Assembly: GCA_024679065.1 (NCBI GenBank)
Contig: JAGIQG010000008.1
Span: 72,416,001 to 72,480,000 of the forward strand
Source: Sphyrna mokarran
Taxonomy: Eukaryota
Length of the DNA: 64,000 bases
Reading direction: 5' to 3'
In this document: one piece after another, positions 50,491 to 64,000 of the stretch
Layout of the letters: each line of letters opens with the position of its first letter
Position numbering within the stretch: position 1 is the stretch's first letter
Made by a program: the position numbers and the translations under genes
Notes under the pieces: generated by a model
The model's database searches: none
The model's input: only the letters and a program-made list of their open reading frames with translations
What the model was told of the DNA's origin: nothing

Positions 50491-52430
50491 CAATCCATCC
50501 TCATCTGTGTTCACTTTTTGGGCTTTCATTTGAAAATGGCTCCTTTTTTGGAACACAGACGTGGCTGGCAGGACAGCAATGGCACATTTAGAGCAAAGGC
50601 CATTAAACAAAAGAGCCACGTTGGCTATAAACAGGGCATACTTCTTTAACTTGACCTACTCTGCTATACACTATTAAATATTGAGACACAAATGTAATGT
50701 TGGACACAGGATTCTGGGGATTATAGCCCTGCAATGCTACAGCCAATTCCATTCTGCCTGCTGGATGCGCTCAGAACCCAGTCCTTTCGCTTGATTGTGT
50801 CTGCTTTCCAGTTTGGCTAGTACAGTTTCAGAATTTAAAAGGGCACTCCCTGATTGAAATCACACCTGATCTTGCAAATACAATATGGACTTACTGTTCA
50901 GATTCACTCTGTCCCAGACACGTACTCCAATTCTGATCTCACGCTTCCTTGATTTTGATCGTTCTATCATGGGTGGACCTACCATCAGCTGCCTGGGTGC
51001 AAAGCTCGGGAATTCGTTCCCTGAACCTCCCAACCTGCATCCTCCCTCAATGCACTCCTTAAATTTACTCCTTTTAATCGATAGTCAGCTGAACTAATGT
51101 GGTTTGGTGTCAAATTTTGTTTGCTTGCGCCTTGAGACATTTTTCTATGTCAGCAGCATCAAATGAATGTGAATAATTGTTGTTTGTTGGTGTCCCAACA
51201 GGTATAAGGTGTCTGGGTCATGTCCCAAACCATCCATACCCCACTCTGAAGAAAAAGTCCAATCCAGATTTTTTTGGTGTGGGCTTGCTTCAGAGTTGTT
51301 GAACACTGCCAAGCCCATACCCTGTAAGAACTGGTTGGAACCAGCCTTGCACAATCTAAACATAGATGGAGAAAACAATAACAATCCATCCTCCAAGGAG
51401 ATATGTAATCATTCTCTGCATCTTGGAGAAACACTCCTTGCAAAAGGTTCTGTCACTCAAGGTGACAGAGAGAAAAAAAATGATGGGGTTTCAGACAAGT
51501 GAGATAACCTGTGTGGGATGGCGTAAGAGGGGGAGGGGGTGCACAATCATTAAATATTTGATTCTTGTAAAATATTTAAATCTTGCCATAGGAGTGTGCT
51601 ATGAAGAGGTGACATTTGACACGGTAGAGATGAGTAATCCAACACACAGCTCGACATACCTGAATAACCTGATTATGATAAGATCATAGCCAAGGGCTTA
51701 TGTGGTTTGGATACTTTTAGACTGAGGCCATCCTGTTAATTGTGTAAAAGATAATCTAGCCCAACCATGACTACTGAGGGCTGTTAATGCTCATTGTGTA
51801 TCATGAGTCGCTGTTATGAATGGAATGGGAAATGGTTCCAAGATGATATTGATCCATATTTCCTGGACAGAGAGGGCAGTGAAAGATAAGCATTCACAGG
51901 TTTGGGCAGCCGATAGGATACTTCCCTTTAGCTGGCTTCACTTGGTATTTTTAAGCCTTTCCCACTTCCAGCAAACAGTGCTGAAGAGGCACCTACTTAT
52001 TATTCAGCGTTTCTCACCTTCTTTCAGTTACCAAAAGGCCCAAGAAATGCCTAAAAAATATAATAACTGTAAAAATAAAAGTGGTTCAGCTTATCTGAAC
52101 ATTTGTGTGATAGCCCAGATCCTGCGTTATGAAGCTCACCCACTCCTTCTCCCCTCTATTAAAACCAGAACCAGAAGAGTTCGGTCCCTGTTCCAATTCT
52201 GACTCGTTCTCAAACCATTGTTTAGAGCTTTTAAGGTTGGCCCTTTATCTCAATAAAGATTCTTCAATCTGAGTGGATGAAGGGATCATCTTATTGCTTG
52301 CCTTGCCGCAGATTCCCTGTCAAGAATGCCATACTGAAAACCATCTCTCATGGTTGTGAGCTGCCACTCAAAAGCTGATAATGGTGGGCAGCATTAAGAA
52401 TGATGATCGGTGAACACCTTTTGACACTGA

Positions 52431-53516
52431 AGGCCCGATGTTACCATTGCGTCATGCCCGTTTTCAGACTCAAAAACTTGGTAAAGTTGGGCGTGAGGCC
52501 ATTAACGCGACCCGTGCCCATATCCGTGCAGGTGACTACTTTACCAAGGCCCAAAAATGACTGCAGTCCGAATTGCACTCAAAATGGGCACAATGATGAT
52601 TTTAATGCATCTGCATGTATTTAAATTGAATTAATGGGCTGCCCGCCCAAGTTTACTAGCATTTCTCCCTTTACCATCGCTTTCACCCATCCAGATTCAA
52701 TGCAAAACAGCAGAGGTCTGTTTCCGGCGCTCCTGCTTCTGAAGAAGCAGGAGCGCCGTTGGTCACAGCTTCCAACGGCTCTCTAAATCAGATCGGTGTG
52801 GGTAGAGGCCCGATCATTCTCTGATGGGGGGGGGGGGGCCAGTTATCCTTTTGTGGAGGGGGGGGGGGGGAGCCAGATCGTTGCCTCAGTTGTGGGGAGA
52901 GCAAATTGTTGTTTGGTGGAGGGGGAGATGGGAGCCAGATCATTGTCTGGTTGGGGGCGGGTGGGGGCAGAGAAGGTGGAAAACCAAATCGTTTTGTGTG
53001 TGTGTTGTGTGTGTGTGTGTGTGTGTGGATGGGGGGAGGCCAGATCGTTGTCTGGTGGTGGGGGGGGGGGGGGGGGCAGATTATTCCCTGGTGAGGGGGA
53101 ACAGGGGCAGAGATAGACTGTTGCCATTCTGTCGCAATCGTCGAGGAAAGGTGGAGGGCAGAAGGTGTCGATCAGTCTGGGTTAGAGTGGGGTGTGGGTG
53201 GATAAGGGGAACAATTATGTTGTGGGGGTGGGGCGATGTCTGTTGGGGTGGCCATCGCTCCCACTTTTCACTCCCAGGCCGCTTTGTCCACTTTTTGTGG
53301 CCCATGAACAAATGTTTTTCTCACTGTGCATACGCAGTTCAAAAATCGGAACTGCAGCATTTCAGGCGTGATAAGCGCTATTCACAGAGCAATTCAGATT
53401 CGTGATTTTTTTTCCCAGGCTAAGTGCTTAAGAGAGCGCCTGAGAGCAGTTTTCCAGGTTGGACCTGAATTGTGCCCAGATTCAGCACTTAAAATGAAAA
53501 TGGTAAAATCGGGCCC
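52431..53516. mobile_element. Non-autonomous PIF/Harbinger-like DNA transposon (about 1.09 kb)
   Basis: Terminal inverted repeats AGGCCCGATGTTACCATT and AATGGTAAAATCGGGCCC (16 of 18 match), with TGA on both flanks as a 3-bp duplication. Confidence 0.72.
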
Positions 53517-56500
53517 TGAGTGTAGAATCCTCTCAACCAGGATCCCCCAACGATAATCGCAGCCCCCAAGCCCCCACCCCCCAGACACCACCAGTCTATG
53601 ATCTCTCTCTCTACAATCTCTTTTACCCCCTCCTCACCTTTGGCCTTGTGAGGCAGGCTTCTATTAATAAAGGCCTCCAGTTGGTCCTACGAAATGTAAT
53701 TCTATTTCGGTTTGGTTCTTTTATTTTTGCTCCTGTGAAGCACTTTGAAATATTTTACTTCTTGTTGGCGCTGTATAAATGCAAGTTGTTGGCCTCCAAA
53801 TAATTTATTTTAATAGCTAATCTCTTTGCTAGACCATGAATCTTAGAAGGCCAATTCACTGGGCTGGTGTGAGGAGTTTGGTGGAGGGGAGTAGGGGGAG
53901 GGTGGGGAGGGAGGAAGATGAGGGGGACGGTGGGGGCAATCAGATTTTACCATGATCCAGTCCTGGCTCAGAGTTTAAAGTTTCTATGGAGCATTTAGGA
54001 AGGTGACTCCTGTGTATCCTACTTTAGTCCAAGGACATAGGGGGCTATTGTAACATCCCGATTACTTCCGCATTTCAAAAGATGATAATGAAATGCGGTC
54101 TGTTCAGCCCACAAATGAATGGTCACTCAGATGTATTTAAAGGTGGCCGTGAAACAGTACCCCAAGCGAGGGTCAACACTTTCAGGAAAGGAGGGAGAAG
54201 TGCTGAGAGGGGAGGTGGGGGGGTGTGCTGAAAAATAAAACTGACAAAGAACAGCGATGGACTCAAAGATTTCTTAAGACGTTTTTCACCGTCAATCTGC
54301 TGAGTATTTTTTGTTCCAACACTGAATGGGGATGACATCATTGGGAGGTACTGGCTTGGAGAAGTTACTCAACCTGATAATGTGCAGGATAAAATTAACA
54401 TACAGTTGGTATTGAATCACTCTTTGATTAACAACTGTTTCTACAGTTAAGTCATCTCCCTGACACTATCTGTTGAAGCAAGCTGGTGCCTTAGATTATG
54501 TCATTGCATTGTACAGCATGAACAAGCATATCCCAAACCCCAACAGTTTGAGAACTGGCTGTTTGCTAAAATCCGGAACTAAAGCTGGAGATTTGTTGTA
54601 AAAACCCGACGAGCTCACTTGTGTGCAGGAACCTGACACCTTGCCTGGTCTGCTTAATATGTGACTCCAGTCCCACATGGTTAATTCTTCACCTATCCTC
54701 TGAAGAGGCAGAGTGAGCCATACAGTTGTGTCAAACCATTTTGGCAGGTCAAGAAAAATATCCACCTTTGCATTCTCAGGAGAATGAAGGACGGATAACA
54801 AATACCTGCCTCTCCTGCTGCGCCCATAACCAGAGAATTAATTTAACAACAACTTTTAACATCACCAATCGAAAGGTCACGAGTTCACATTCAGGAATTC
54901 CCCCCACGTTGCTGAATTCCTGTCGTCTTGCCATGACACACCATTTGGCACAGGGAAGAAAATAAAGAGAGATACCATTCTTGTGTCCGTTTCAACAATC
55001 TGATAGTATTAAGTTTAGAAGTAGATGTTGCCAGCAGGTCATCCACGTATCTGTCCTCTCATCCGCAGCCAAGGTAAGGCAAGGGTTTAGCAAATTTACC
55101 CAGGGAGCAATACTGACTAGAAAGTTCCTAGCTTCAGTCTCTAGGATGTGCAGAGTTGGCTGGGCAGGGGCAATTGTTCGGGCCCCACAATTTACCCCAG
55201 TGCTTGTTGACAGGGAGGAGAGGCAGCAGCCACTCCTAAGCTAGCCAGATTAGAAACAGTATACCTGAGGACAATGGGTCAAAGGCAAAGCCTGGTTCTG
55301 ATACACCCTCACTGTCGGTTATTTGAAGACTGTGGGCAAGGACAGGAGAGAAAATTAAAATTAAAAATTAAAGAAATGACGTCAACCATGATGCTACACA
55401 TAAGGGGTCTGAATGGTGAGACTTCCTCTTTAATTAAGAGCAAAACTTTCTTATTAGTCCTGAGAGTGTTCATTAAATGTCTGGAGACAGGGACTCAATT
55501 TTTGTACTTAAACACTATTTAGGTCATAACTGGGCCAGGCTGTTTGATTAAAGCTTTTTTTTTTTCCCTTCATTTTATTTTTGGAGTTTTGCCATTTCAT
55601 AAATTGCCTTTAAATGCAGGTTTGTTTTACCCTCCACTGTACTTAGTGCTTTCAGATACAGCGTTGGCCAGCCAAACAGCTGGTGAACTGCACTTCATGC
55701 TTTGTGAGCTCACCTTCGTTTCTGGGTAGCCAAATGGTCAAGTTGAATAACTGCGACAGCTCAGAGGGCACAGACGCTATGGAAGCCCCGGGGTCAGTCA
55801 GGCTTGAAACCAGGAGAGCAGGTCTGCCAATGTATACTTGGCATGGCAGGGAACTAGACAATAAATGACAGGGCACTTTTAAGAGAAGTAGCATTGCCTG
55901 CAAATATGTAGCTAGAGCAGTTCCTTAACTACCACACCCTGATATATCACAAGGAGATTGAGGATGAAACACGATAGGATTAAATCGGAAGGCATCTTGA
56001 GCAAATTGGAAGGCCACCTTTGTAGCATTTATTTGATAATACAGAGGGAGCATTATTCTACAGCTAACCATGATGCACCTGTTCTTGAGTGGCTGCTAAG
56101 AGAGGACAGAAGGGACATTAACCTGTAACTAACCCACTTTATAAATCCTACACTGGTAAAGGTTCAAGCCAAGTCTTGGCACAATTCAGAGTTCATTTCA
56201 TACGGCTACACTCACTACTACACGGAGAAGGGGCTGCTTTCAGATGTGTTAAAAATAGAAGGAAGAGAAAAGCTCTTTTTTTATTCAAACGCTGTAATGC
56301 CTTGTGAGACGCAGTGATCCCAAAGACACATTAGTCAAAGGAACTTAATTTCCATGGCTCCGGAGAGTCACAACCATATCATTGCCAAGTGCCTGGCTCT
56401 TTATAACACAACATATGTGTGAGTCCCAGACTGTACTATGAACACACTTGGATTTAGCTTTTTGCTAACTTATTTCAGTAATGGAAAATTACAGCTACAA

Positions 56501-59500
56501 ACTCCACCACAGCACCATTAATGCCTACCTGGTGCGAGGATATTGGCAGCGAGGTTCTCCCATGTGACAGTTCATACGTACAAGAAAATGAAAGGTTGCA
56601 AAATACTGATGCAAAAAGAAAATTAAAGAAGTAACATTAGCCTTTAGTGCATTGGAGAACAACGCTCCCCCCCCGCCCCACTCCCCACCTCAGAAGCACT
56701 CACTTCATAAAACTGACACATCAAGTGGCTGTCAAGGCCAGCAACAAAATAAGAACTGGAAAGTTTTATGCGGCAATGATACTGTAATTCAACAGAATCA
56801 TGTGGGAGGCTGTGTACTAGAATTTAAAATTGCTGGAATCTTGACTTTATCAGGGAATGCAAACCATTACGGGTTGTTTCAAACTGGTGTGCTAATGCTT
56901 TAATTGTATTCTGAGGCTAGGTTCTGTTTTTGTGTTTTTGTTTTGCTTTTATGCAAGGGACTGCTGAAATAGTCTATGTTACAATTTGGATCAGAAAAGT
57001 GTCCGCACATCTGATTTCGAAGCATCTCCAGCTTTTGAAGATTTTGTGCTGCCATAGGACGTCTCAACAAAATCAACTAATCAAGTTATTTTCACCCCCT
57101 CCTCCTGAGAATTACACCTTCCTGGCAATCATCTAGCCGTAAGGCAATGGTTTGTGCCCTGATGGTCAATTCAGTGTTTATTGAACTGGAATGTCCACTT
57201 CACAGTTCACTGAAACCCTAGGCTATCAGAAGCTCAAGGTCCACCTCTTGACCATCCCAGTAGGTCCAAAGGAACACCAGGGCACCAACGTAGTTGTATG
57301 AGTTACGGAAAAAAGACAGAGTTAGACATCAGTTCCCCTTTGGGATCCACTCCAGATTATCTTATCAGGGCTTAGTTCTGAGTCTTCATCTCTCCCACAG
57401 TATTCACAAGGAAGGGACCTATTTGTCAGAGGCTGGGAGTTGGGTGGTTGGGGGCGGGGGGGGGTGGTGGTGGTTAGGCTCACAAAATTGGATCCCCTCC
57501 TTCCTTGCATGGTTGCTGGCTGAAGGGGCAGGCTAAAATGGGAAAAAAAATTAGTACACAAAAAGCGAGAATCACATTAACTCACTTCACCCGCACACTT
57601 AAAAATAGTGCCAATTATTTTCTGTGCATTTTCCAAAATTCAATTTTGCATAATTTGCATTCATATCTGCTGAAAAGCCCTGCGGCAATAAATAGTCCAG
57701 ATAATGTAAAATTCTGCAATTTTGTATATATCTGGGGAATCTGCAAGATAAGCTGAGTACTTCCATTGTCAGCCTCTTCTGTATTGTTCTCCTTTTCACA
57801 GGGGTAAAGGAACAGGCTAATGCCAGAAAAGTGTATATCCGTCCAAACTACTCAATAACTCTGCATAGCTTAGGGATTCAACCCAACCCAAGCTCAATTG
57901 TTCCCTGGTATATTCTCCATGGTAACACCTGAGCAATTGGAGAACACCAGCGTCTGATTATCACCTTTTTTTTCATGCAGTATAAATTATTTTTCTCTCT
58001 AAAATTTGGCCTTTTTTGATAAAAAACTTTGACAATATGTCTCTTTTATCACAATAAAAAGGATACCATTAGCCAAGACCTGACTTTATGGGTTGGATCT
58101 TCACGGACTCAAGGTGACTGAAGATTTTTTAGAAATGGCAGCTGTGATCAGATACAAATATTCTGCCCCATTTCCATTTTTGCCAGTGGGGGTAGGAGGC
58201 AGGGCAAGAGTCACACAGATGGGAACCCAAATTCAGTACTAATTTCAAATGGTTCTTAAGTATAAACATACCCCATTTTGGATGTCCCAGGAGCCTTAAC
58301 CCCCTGCATGGCAGTCATAAATTTACAAAGCGGTCCAAACTCCCATACTGAATGAATAGGGGGGGTCTAGTTAAGTGCCGTGTCCTGAAATTAATCAGCC
58401 ATATAAAAATTAATAAAAAACAGGCTGAAGTTTCCTGTTGGAGTAATACAAGTGTTGCTGGAATACACTGATTGCCAGACTATCTGGCATAGCTTAGAGA
58501 AAAAAAAGTTACCTGCTCCTGCAGTTTCCATAGTCTTCATCGTTGCCATTTCCCAAGGGTTGTTATTACCTTTATGAATGCTAGGCTGAATCTCAAAAAC
58601 CAGTTATTTTAGAAGGGAAGCTGTGTCCTTATTTTGATTGACAGTTTTAAAAAGTGACTAAAGATGAGCTGTCTTTGGTGTGATTAATAAATAAAGTTTG
58701 TTTTTAAACACAGATTGACCATTTGAGGGGACTTAAATGTTTTAATGCATTTCATGAATTAGAATTTTTTCAATGTTAAGTGCGCTCGAGTGAATGCTCT
58801 GTTAAATTGTGAGAAGTTTTATTTTCATCTTTACAAGATTCCTGTGGTCTGTCCATGGTGGATATTGGGTGAGTGGCTATAAAGAGGGAATGAGGGATAT
58901 GGGGGTTGCATGGAGGTCATGGAAAAGAGGAGGCACAAAGGTCAGTGGGAGTAGGGATTTGAAGATTAGAAGGCATTTATCAAGTCACCAATAAATCCTA
59001 TAAGAGATTCATAAGAAATGCTTGCATTTGGAGAATGGTTAGAATGTGAAAACTGTTATCATAATGAGTAGTTGAGACAAATAGCAAAAATGTATTTATT
59101 AGCAACAAGGTAAACACACGAGGGAGAATGAAACAAAAAGTTATGCTCATTGTGTTAGATGAAGGAGGGTGATGGCTGGAAAAAGAGGCTTGTGTGGAAC
59201 TTAAACATTGGCAATCATATGTCATCTGAATGTATAGTTCTGTATATTTCTGTGATAGGACGACAAAAAAAACTTTATATTTACTATTGACTATGTGTCC
59301 ATCTGCTTGGAGAAAGGATTTGGCAGCTGCATTCACCTTGTTCAACATGGAAAATATGATTGCTTTTTCCTGCTATATATTTTCCTGTTCTCTTATTCCT
59401 CATTACAAGCACTTCCTCTTTTATTTCTTTGTTTCTTTCAATTTTGTGATGTGTGCCATTGAAATATATATATATATATTTCCATGATCTCTCCACACAG

Positions 59501-60007
59501 GAGTGAAATCCCACTGCTCTGTGGTTGTTGCTCATACTCACTAATGTTGTACCAGTGTTTAACTCTATGTGTGCTTGATGTGTTGGAGCTCACCCACCCC
59601 CCCACCCAAACTGGGCCATGATGTCTGACCAAATATTTGAACTCTGAGCTGTCCAAATTGATATTTTATTCCAAATCTACAACTCGCCCTGAATGCAGGC
59701 CAAAGGTAAGATAAGTGAGTTCACCCATTGAGACAATGTGGGTCCACGAAGGCAGCATGACTGTAGTGGCTATGGGGAAGCATTCCAGTGCTTACAAGCT
59801 ATTCAGACGCTGATTAATATAGGACTGCACATGGGTATCTAAAACAGAATAACAGTCAATTGCTTCACTGTTGCATTGGCACACACACTGATACAGTTCT
59901 CACATCACAGTTACTGTCTTCATGTCCAAGTTTAATCCTCATCATATTCTCGACTCTAATTTTCTCCTGAAGCAATGTATCCATAAATTTATAACTCTGC
60001 TCCCTAT

Positions 60008-60358
60008 CAGGATTGCCAACGCTCCAGGATTAGCCTGAAGTTTCCGGGAATTGAAGATCTATCTGCAAGATATTGCTCTGTGCAACCCTGGAGAAAAATC
60101 ACTGGGATATTAAAAACAGATTTTTTTTTGTAACTTTCTTTGAACATTTCTCTTTACCACATATGAAAATATTGAAAATGAAGAAAAAGGCTGTTTGGCT
60201 GACAAACAATCTTCATCCAGTTAGGTTATATGTCTTTTTAATTTCCAATTGGTGTTGCAAGACAGTGCATCACAAGGATGGATGTTTTGGCTGGAGAGTG
60301 AGATCAAGTCATATGATAAAATCCCCAGAAATATATTTAATTGCGGTTGGCAATCCTA
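60008..60358. mobile_element. Non-autonomous DNA transposon (hAT-like)
   Basis: Perfect 12-bp inverted repeats AGGATTGCCAAC (60009-60020) and GTTGGCAATCCT (60346-60357). No 8-bp duplication remains visible. Confidence 0.6.
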
Positions 60359-61399
60359 GGCGGGTAAAGTCTCTTCCTTGTTCTGGTCATTAGTTTTTCA
60401 CAAGTCACAGAAGTGTTACAGTGCAGAGGGAAGCTCTTTGGTTCCACTGTTTTCATTCTCCGTGAAGAGTAGACAGTCTCATGTATTGATCATCCCACAA
60501 CATGCAATGTGCATCAATCAGCAGAGCCACAGACACTTAAACAGAGTCATTCATGCCAGAATGGAGGCAGAGTAGAAAGAACCAGACTGTTTCTGATAGT
60601 TGACCGTCCATAAATAACGAGGCTAAATGAAAGAGGTGAGGAATGGAGGGTAGGGGAAATTATGTTATATGGAAGTTTGTGTGACTATGGATTGTGAAAC
60701 AGAAACTATGTCAAAATCAGAATAAATTGGATAAGAGAATGAGTAAAAGAGTCTGAAAGAATATGAGAATAGGATGAGTAAATGCCATTAGAATGACTTA
60801 ATCACGGGAGGGGTAAATGATTACAATAATTTCATATGATCAAAATTCCCCACCCATGGAATAGAGCCAAATTCCTTCTCATGGAGCAGTAGGTACATTC
60901 GGTAAGTATTGGAAATGCTAGTGAAGGATGAGGAATGGGGATTGATAGAAAAAGGTGCTAAGATGATCTTAGTGAGGTAGGCAGAGTGCAAACATGAACT
61001 GAAAGGAAGATGTAGAAGAATAATCTGAGTCACCAGACAAACCATATGGTCATATACACTAAGAGTACTGAGAGGGGAGAGAGATAGATTAAAACTTTCA
61101 ATTCCCTTTCTTTTCAGTCTGTAATCAATGTAGTTTAATTTTGATAAGACTGATGTATGTTCCCAAATTCCTCATTACTGTGCAGTCAATTTAAAAGTAA
61201 TCAGTAGTCAATTTACATGGATTTAAATAAAAATCTTGATTCACAAACTTACCGGAAAAGATATATTATTACACCAATCGCTGAGTATATGGCCAAGAAA
61301 GAGAGCACTGCACTGATATAAATAATGAAACCAAACAGAATAGTTAGTAGTTCACATGTCTTGGAGATTCCAGTGAAGGAAGGATCTTTTCCCACTCTG

Positions 61400-61820
61400 G
61401 TCAGGGGGATGAGAACCAATGGGAGGAGTTAGAGGAGAGGAGATCAAGGGGAAAAACCAATGATAGAAAGGGGAATAAAAGAAGTGATAGGCAAGAGAAA
61501 CTAAGGACCACATTCAAATAGGGTCTCCATGAAAAACAATAAAAATAGGGCCAGAAATGTTAAAAAGTTGAGCCTAATGGCTTGTGCCTTAACACATAGA
61601 GCATTCGTAATAAAGTGGAAGAATTAATTGTGCCAATAGAGGTAAACAGGTAAAATATAGTCGGGATTATGGAGACATGATTGCAGGGTGACCAAGGATG
61701 GGAACTGAACATAGAATCATTGAATCATCAATGGTATTCAGTATTTAGAAAGGACAGACATAAAGGTAAAGGCATTGCTGGTTAAAGGAGAAATTAATAC
61801 CATACTGGAGAAGGATATTA
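61400..61820 (+). mobile_element. CR1 LINE fragment covering the start of the ORF2 AP-endonuclease
   Basis: From about 61585 reads CLNT*SIRNKVEELIVPIEVNR*NIVGIMET*LQGDQGWELN, matching CR1 endonuclease N-terminal motifs with stop codons. Confidence 0.8.
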
Positions 61821-63609
61821 GCAAATCTCCTTCCTCAGTACGGTATTAATTTCCCCTTAAACCAGTTTCATGGTTGATTCTCGTTTGTTACATGGCAGAC
61901 TGAGAATCAGAGTTTATTGTCCTTGCATTTTGGGGTAAGTCTCAACAATATCAAGTGTGAAATTCCACAGGCGAATACTGTGCAGCCATGAAAATTGAAG
62001 TAGAACCCTTCCCCTTACAATCCAATTTGGAACTTTCCAGAACACTTGCTCGGCTGTTGAAGTTGCAAAAGTCAGGTGACCACCCCCCTCAGCAGCCACC
62101 CAACAGTTTGTTAGGATTCATTTCATAAGGAATATAGTTCTACAAAAAAAGCACTAGCTGCATGCCTGTACTGACATAACAGGACCAATTAATAGGCACA
62201 ATAATTACCTTTCTACTACAGCTAATGAGGAGAATTTCCCACAGTGATTGCAGCAATCTTCTATTACATAAATGATGGGATGTTTTGCCTACCTGACTAT
62301 GGAAACCCACATATGACTACGCCATCACTGTAACTGAACAAGTCCAAAAAACAAATTTTCTGCAGAAGTTCAAATGCACTGACTCGTTCCCTATTCGCCA
62401 ATGGTCTCCCACTGAAATGAATTTCAAAGATTTGGAAAAGCCCAGGTGACACCCAATCCCAATCTGGAATACTGTTGCTTCCCAATTTGCTCAGGGGCAT
62501 GGATTAGGTGCAATTTGGACCTCACTCAAACATGATCTCTGATTTCAGAAGGAGACGGGACTGAGGAACTGGGATGTCCCAAGGTGGAACATTACTTGGT
62601 CCCACCCTACTTATTGCATAGAACGAGATCGTAAAATGAGGGCCTGTCTGCCCTCTCATGTGGACATACGAGATCCTACTACCCTACTTCAAAGAAGAAC
62701 AGGGCATTTCTCCATGCTGTCCTGTCCACTGTTTACCCTTCAGCTAACATCATTGAAATAGAATATTTGATCGCTTATCTCATTGTTGTTTGGTTGGAGC
62801 TGACACTCTGAAAATTGATTGCCATCCTCAATACTTTCAAGTGAGGTAATTTAGGAATATGAATTCATATACAACAAGTAAAATGCAGGTGACCACTGGC
62901 AAACAGAAATTATCAGCTTCATTCATTGACAAACTAAACGTGAACTGCACATGAACATCAGTAAGGGTAGGCTTAGCCCGGACTCCAGTCAGAAATCCTG
63001 CTGACACTTACTATCAGACAATAGGGCTGCAGCAGTCGAATGGCTGTGATACTGGATGAACTAAGTCTAAAGCTTGTGAGTTCAAAGCTTACCTTGGCAG
63101 ATTGTGAGACTGAATTCAATAAATCCAAATGTGTTCTGAGAAAATTGATTGAACTTCCAGATTTAGTTATACTCCAAATTTGGAATGGCAATTGGTGATG
63201 CAGTGCAATGGTCTAGTAATTTAAACACCTAGGATAATTGTCTGAGGGCTCAGGTTTGAATCCCACTGTGATGAAATATGAATTCAATAAAAATATCTGG
63301 AATTAAAAGTCTAATGATGACCATGAAACCATTGTTGTTTGTTGTAAAAACCTATCTGGTTCACTAATCCCCTTTGAGAAAGAAAATCCTCTGTCTTTAT
63401 CTGGACTGGCCTAAATGTGCCTATAAAATTACAGAAGTGTGATTGACTCTTAACTGCCCTCTAAAATGGCCTGCCAAGCCATGCAGGGGCCTCCTTCTGT
63501 GCCTTACTGTGAATCTGCAACTAGTCCAACACATCACCAACACACGAAGGAGCAACTAGAGATGGCCTTGCCCTTGCTGCCCACATCCCAAGAATAAACT
63601 GGACCTCTT

Positions 63610-64000
63610 GGTGGATGTAACAAGCAGGGTGGATAATGGGGAACCAGTAGGTACAGTGTATTTGGATTTCCAAACGACATTCAATAATATGCCAGATAAA
63701 AGGGTCATTCACTACACAGATAGAGCATATGAAGTGGGGTAGATATATTAACATTGATAGAGGACTGGTTGACTATTGGCAAACAGAAAGTTAGGATAAA
63801 AGGGTCATTTTCAGGATAGCTAACTATAATTATTGGAGTGCACCCGTGGAGACAGTGCTGGGGTCTCAACTATTTACGATATGTATTAATGACTCAGATG
63901 AAAGGACAAACTGTATTTCAGCCAAATTTACTGAAGATGCAAATTAAGGAGAAAAGCAAGTTATGCAGAGGAAGCCAAAGTTTCAAAATAGGATATAGGT
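63610..64000 (+). mobile_element. CR1 LINE reverse-transcriptase fragment running off the window edge
   Basis: Decayed RT motifs: VDNGEPVGTVYLDFQ...QKVRIKGSFSG...VLGSQLFTICINDSDE...KFTED. Confidence 0.85.

Noticed and set aside
52790-53180. Repeat-spacer-like array and Gly-rich ORFs
   Set aside because: Repeats are degenerate and the spacers are G runs inside a transposon-like element; neither CRISPR nor coding.

Overview
Vertebrate genomic DNA, almost certainly from a cartilaginous fish: it is full of HE1/V-SINE-type SINEs, CR1/HER1-like LINE fragments, Deu-domain SINEs and Penelope-derived short elements. The only supported protein-coding gene is DUSP8 (MAP kinase phosphatase) on the minus strand. 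Its last four coding exons are present (13281-13447, 11098-11257, 10366-10489, 7042-8224; GT-AG junctions, continuous frame, 544 codons before the stop), followed by a probable 3'UTR of up to about 5.2 kb. I could not find the exons for the N-terminal rhodanese/kinase-binding domain, so 13448-64000 appears to be one intron of more than 50 kb. That intron carries nested transposons, a 29-bp minisatellite with a 290-bp higher-order duplication, a Harbinger-like non-autonomous element, minimal hammerhead-ribozyme motifs in Penelope-derived elements, a CpG-rich cluster and candidate alternative first exons. There is no CRISPR array, rRNA or genuine tRNA. I see no convincing wholly new system; the best leads are the hammerhead motifs and a possible internal promoter giving a DUSP8 without its kinase-docking domain. 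Repeat boundaries are approximate and family names come from recognition, not from a database search.
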